8,652 nt of DNA, taken from IMG/VR virus record IMGVR_UViG_2778261122_000008, one strand, 5' to 3'. Below are positions 5,810 through 8,652 of the stretch, piece after piece (the stretch's first letter is position 1; every line of letters starts with the position of its first letter). The position numbers and the translations under genes were made by a program. This DNA comes from a virus. Taxonomy: Duplodnaviria; Heunggongvirae; Uroviricota; Caudoviricetes. Under the pieces are notes generated by a model, which worked only from the letters and a program-made list of their open reading frames with translations, ran no database searches and was not told the origin of the DNA.

Positions 5810-6157
5810 GTGGAAGAAGAAATCTTCACTCGTGAAGAAGCAGCGTCGTATCTGAAGGTAGACAAAGGAACTATCACGCAGTGGATACGAAGTGGACGAC
5901 TTCAGGCCGCAAAGATAAATCCAGATAAACCTAAAAGCCCATATCGCATTTGCAAGTCAGACTGCATTGCGGCGCTTAAGTCTGTGAGACACAATAGCGC
6001 GGTGAATGCGGTTGATGTGCAGGAGGTTAAAGCATGTCAATCAAACTACGCGGTGGCACGTGGCACTGCGATTTCGTCGCGCCAGATGGATCAAGAGTTA
6101 GACGCTCTCTTGAAACATCGGACAAGAGGCAAGCGCAAGAACTTCACGATCGTCTGA
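5810..6157 (+). CDS. xis: Excisionase-like DNA-binding protein (HTH, Xis/AlpA type)
   Basis: GTG start with GGAG upstream. N-terminal FTREEAASYLKVDKGTITQWIRSGRLQAAKI is a typical excisionase-family HTH. Sits immediately upstream of int and overlaps it by 124 nt; the true C-terminus is uncertain. Confidence 0.6.
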   Translation: MEEEIFTREEAASYLKVDKGTITQWIRSGRLQAAKINPDKPKSPYRICKSDCIAALKSVRHNSAVNAVDVQEVKACQSNYAVARGTAISSRQMDQELDALLKHRTRGKRKNFTIV

Positions 6158-7194
6158 AAGCAGAAGCGTGGAGAGTAAAAAATCTCGGAGAATCACCGAA
6201 AAAGCTATTCAAGGAAGCCTGCATACGGTGGCTGCGTGAGAAATCGGATAAGAAGTCCATTGATGATGACAAGAGCATTATATCGTTCTGGATGTTGCAC
6301 TTCAGAGAAACCATTCTCTCTGACATAACAACAGAAAAAATAATGGAGGCGGTAGACGGGATGGAAAACCGCCGCCATCGCCTGAACTGGGAAATGAGCC
6401 GGGACAGGTGTTTGCGGCTTGGCAAGCCAGTGCCGGAGTATAAACCAAAGCTGGCAAGCAAAGGAACGAAGACGCGGCATCTGGCAATACTTCGCGCTAT
6501 TCTCAATATGACTGTTGAATGGGGATGGATTGACAGGGCACCCAAAATATCAACACCACGCGTTAAGAATGGACGAATCAGATGGCTTACAGAGGAGGAA
6601 TCTAAGCGCCTGTTTGCAGAAATTGCTCCTCATTTCTTCCCTGTGGTCATGTTTGCAATCACGACAGGCCTTCGCCGTTCCAACGTTACAGACCTTGAAT
6701 GGTCACAGGTCGATCTGGATAAGAAAATGGCATGGATGCACCCTGATGAAACAAAAGCTGGCAATGCGATCGGAGTTCCTCTTAACGAAACCGCATGCCA
6801 GATATTAAGAAAACAGCAGGGTCTCCATAAGAGATGGGTATTTGTCCACACCAAACCTGCCTACCGAAGCGACGGAACAAAAACAGCAGCGGTAAGGAAG
6901 ATGAGAACCGACAGCAACAAGGCATGGAAGGGAGCGTTAAAGCGGGCAGGCATTAGCAACTTCCGCTTCCATGACCTGAGGCATACCTGGGCAAGCTGGC
7001 TGGTTCAGTCCGGTGTCTCTCTTCTTGCACTTAAAGAGATGGGAGGATGGGAAACTCTCGAAATGGTTCAAAGATACGCCCACCTTTCAGCCGGGCATCT
7101 CACCGAGCACGCTAGCAAAATCGATGCGATTATAAGTCGCAATGGCACAAATACGGCACAAGAGGAGAACGTGGTTTACTTAAATGTGAGGTAA
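6034..7194 (+). CDS. int: Tyrosine-type site-specific integrase
   Basis: 386 aa with AGGAGG 7 nt upstream. C-terminal catalytic signature TGLRRSNV...HDLRHTWAS...LEMVQRYAHL (R...HxxR...Y). Ends 14 bp from the tRNA 3' end. Confidence 0.9.
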   Translation: MSIKLRGGTWHCDFVAPDGSRVRRSLETSDKRQAQELHDRLKAEAWRVKNLGESPKKLFKEACIRWLREKSDKKSIDDDKSIISFWMLHFRETILSDITTEKIMEAVDGMENRRHRLNWEMSRDRCLRLGKPVPEYKPKLASKGTKTRHLAILRAILNMTVEWGWIDRAPKISTPRVKNGRIRWLTEEESKRLFAEIAPHFFPVVMFAITTGLRRSNVTDLEWSQVDLDKKMAWMHPDETKAGNAIGVPLNETACQILRKQQGLHKRWVFVHTKPAYRSDGTKTAAVRKMRTDSNKAWKGALKRAGISNFRFHDLRHTWASWLVQSGVSLLALKEMGGWETLEMVQRYAHLSAGHLTEHASKIDAIISRNGTNTAQEENVVYLNVR

Positions 7195-7225
7195 CTTATT
7201 GATTTAAATGGTGCCGATAATAGGA
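7195..7225. other. Probable prophage attachment junction (att core overlapping the tRNA-Thr 3' end)
   Basis: Inferred from the int-tRNA arrangement. The core cannot be delimited without the other prophage end or an empty-site sequence. Confidence 0.3.
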
Positions 7226-7284
7226 GTCGAACCTACGACCTTCGCATTACGAATGCGCTGCTCTACCAACTGAGCTATATCGGC
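7209..7284 (-). tRNA. thrW: tRNA-Thr (anticodon CGU)
   Basis: The reverse complement reads GCCGATATAGCTCAGTTGGTAGAGCAGCGCATTCGTAATGCGAAGGTCGTAGGTTCGACTCCTATTATCGGCACCA (76 nt). It has a 7-bp acceptor stem GCCGATA/TATCGGC, a D-arm, the anticodon loop TTCGTAA (CGT), a T-arm GGTTCGACTCC and an encoded CCA. Matches E. coli thrW as I recall it. Confidence 0.93.
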
Positions 7285-7398
7285 CCTGAAAGGACATGTT
7301 CACGAACGTGAATCACGGTGGACAAGGTTAAAACTAACCGGGCGATGCGTCAATGGCCTTGTGAATCAAATGGCTACTTTTGCATCACCCGGTTTTAT

Positions 7399-8652
7399 TT
7401 ACGCACGAATGGTGTAATCACCAATGCCGATCCACTTATAAGTGGTCAGAGCTTCCAGCCCCATTGGGCCGCGCGCGTGGAGTTTTTGTGTGCTTACCGC
7501 AACTTCCGCCCCCAGTCCAAACTGGCCGCCGTCGGTAAAACGCGTAGAGGCGTTAACGTAAACAGCGGAGGAATCCACTTCGTTAACAAAACGCTGGGCG
7601 TTGCGCATATCGCGGGTCAGGATCGCATCGGAGTGTTGCGTGCCGTGTTCACGAATATGGGCAATGGCGTCATCCAGATCGCTAACGATTTTGACGTTCA
7701 AATCTAATGACAGAAACTCATCGTCATACTCTTCGGCTTTAACAGCCACCACCTTCGCGGGGCCTGCCTGCAACTGCGCCAGCGCGGCTGCATCAGCGTG
7801 TAACGTCACGCCGCTTTCCGCCATTTGTTTGCTTAATGCGGGCAGGAAGCTATCAGCGATGTTTTTATTCACCAGCAACGTTTCTACCGTATTACATGTG
7901 CTCGGACGCTGAGTTTTCGCGTTGACAATTACTTTCAGGGCTTCAGCGATCTCTGCACTTTCATCAACGTAAATATGGCATACGCCTATACCGCCTGTGA
8001 TCACCGGGATTGTCGACTGCTCGCGGCACAGTTTATGCAAACCAGCCCCACCGCGCGGGATCAGCATGTCGATGTATTTATCCATACGCAGCATTTCACT
8101 GACCAGCGCACGGTCAGGATTATCAATTGCCTGCACGGCACCCGCCGGTAAGCCGCAGGATTTCAGGGCGTCCTGAATCACCGCTACCGTTGCAGCGTTA
8201 GTGCGACAGGTTTCTTTGCCGCCGCGCAGGATCACCGCGTTACCGGTTTTCAGGCACAGGGAAGCAACATCAACCGTCACGTTCGGGCGCGCTTCATAAA
8301 TCACGCCAATCACCCCCAGCGGTACGCGACGACGCTCAAGACGCAGGCCGCTGTCCAGTACGCCGCCATCGATTACCTGCCCCACCGGATCGGCGAGATT
8401 GCACACCTGGCGCACATCGTCGGCAATGCCTTTCAGCCGTGCGGGCGTCAGTGCCAGACGGTCAAGCATCGCTTCGCTAAGGCCATTGGCACACGCGTCT
8501 GCAACATCCTGCGCGTTAGCGTTGAGGATACTTTCGCTTTGTGCTTCCAGTTCATCGGCGATTTTTTCCAGCACACGATTTTTTTCGCGGCTGGAGAGTT
8601 GCGCTAATTTATACGAGGCTTGCTTCGCGGCAATGCCCATTTGTTCCAGCAT
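7399..8652 (-). CDS. proA: Gamma-glutamyl phosphate reductase (glutamate-5-semialdehyde dehydrogenase)
   Basis: The 417-aa translation starts [21 protein letters not shown] and ends DYTIRA, recognisable as enterobacterial ProA. The start codon is at the window edge and the stop is TAA at 7399..7401. Confidence 0.95.
   Translation of the reverse strand: MLEQMGIAAKQASYKLAQLSSREKNRVLEKIADELEAQSESILNANAQDVADACANGLSEAMLDRLALTPARLKGIADDVRQVCNLADPVGQVIDGGVLDSGLRLERRRVPLGVIGVIYEARPNVTVDVASLCLKTGNAVILRGGKETCRTNAATVAVIQDALKSCGLPAGAVQAIDNPDRALVSEMLRMDKYIDMLIPRGGAGLHKLCREQSTIPVITGGIGVCHIYVDESAEIAEALKVIVNAKTQRPSTCNTVETLLVNKNIADSFLPALSKQMAESGVTLHADAAALAQLQAGPAKVVAVKAEEYDDEFLSLDLNVKIVSDLDDAIAHIREHGTQHSDAILTRDMRNAQRFVNEVDSSAVYVNASTRFTDGGQFGLGAEVAVSTQKLHARGPMGLEALTTYKWIGIGDYTIRA

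Larger units (their letters stand above)
1..7208. mobile_element. Partial lambdoid prophage (integrase-proximal end), integrated at tRNA-Thr; left end lies outside the window
   Basis: Co-directional + strand block of phage-type genes (RecT, Gp157-like, Ea22-like, DUF551, xis, int) ending 14 bp from the 3' end of a tRNA gene, followed by host proA. The right boundary is approximate because the att core probably overlaps the tRNA 3' end. Confidence 0.8.

Noticed and set aside
6144-6854. ORFs embedded in the integrase gene (minus-strand 6144..6545, 6205..6480, 6302..6487, 6630..6854; + strand 6515..6808)
   Set aside because: They lie within or antisense to a well-supported integrase with its catalytic motifs intact; they are alternative-frame artefacts.
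7285-7398. Inverted repeats in the thrW-proA intergenic region (TTCACG-AA-CGTGAA at 7299..7312; imperfect 12-bp pair at about 7336..7347 and 7381..7392)
   Set aside because: These are host intergenic sequence, most simply explained as thrW promoter/leader and proA terminator elements. Nothing suggests novelty and I cannot place promoter boxes confidently.
7318-7912. + strand ORFs 7318..7707 and 7601..7912 opposite proA
   Set aside because: They are antisense to a complete, recognisable proA and run into the thrW-proA intergenic region; no RBS support.
1-8652. CRISPR arrays, IS elements or transposases, rRNA
   Set aside because: No regularly spaced direct repeats, no terminal inverted repeats flanking a transposase-like ORF, and no rRNA-like sequence were seen.

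Overview
The window holds the integrase-proximal ~7.2 kb of a lambdoid-type prophage (left boundary outside the window) joined to enterobacterial chromosome at a tRNA-Thr(CGU) gene (thrW-like, 7209..7284, minus strand) next to a complete proA (7399..8652, minus strand). All phage genes are on the + strand in a lambda early-left-like order: a low-GC (~32%) small-ORF cassette closed by a terminator, small coupled ORFs, a RecT-family annealing protein, a Sipho_Gp157-like protein, five tightly coupled genes of unknown function (one with an internally duplicated HTH), an Ea22-like protein, a DUF551 protein, a Zn-ribbon protein, a terminator-bracketed unit containing a dense TGCAAT inverted-repeat array, an excisionase and a tyrosine integrase. 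I could not identify a recognisable complete defence or other multi-gene 'system'. The best candidates for uncharacterised function are the low-GC cassette at the left edge, the five-gene module at 2462..4082, and the terminator-bracketed TGCAAT unit at 5451..5754. All family assignments come from reading the translations and from memory of family hallmarks; no database search was run.
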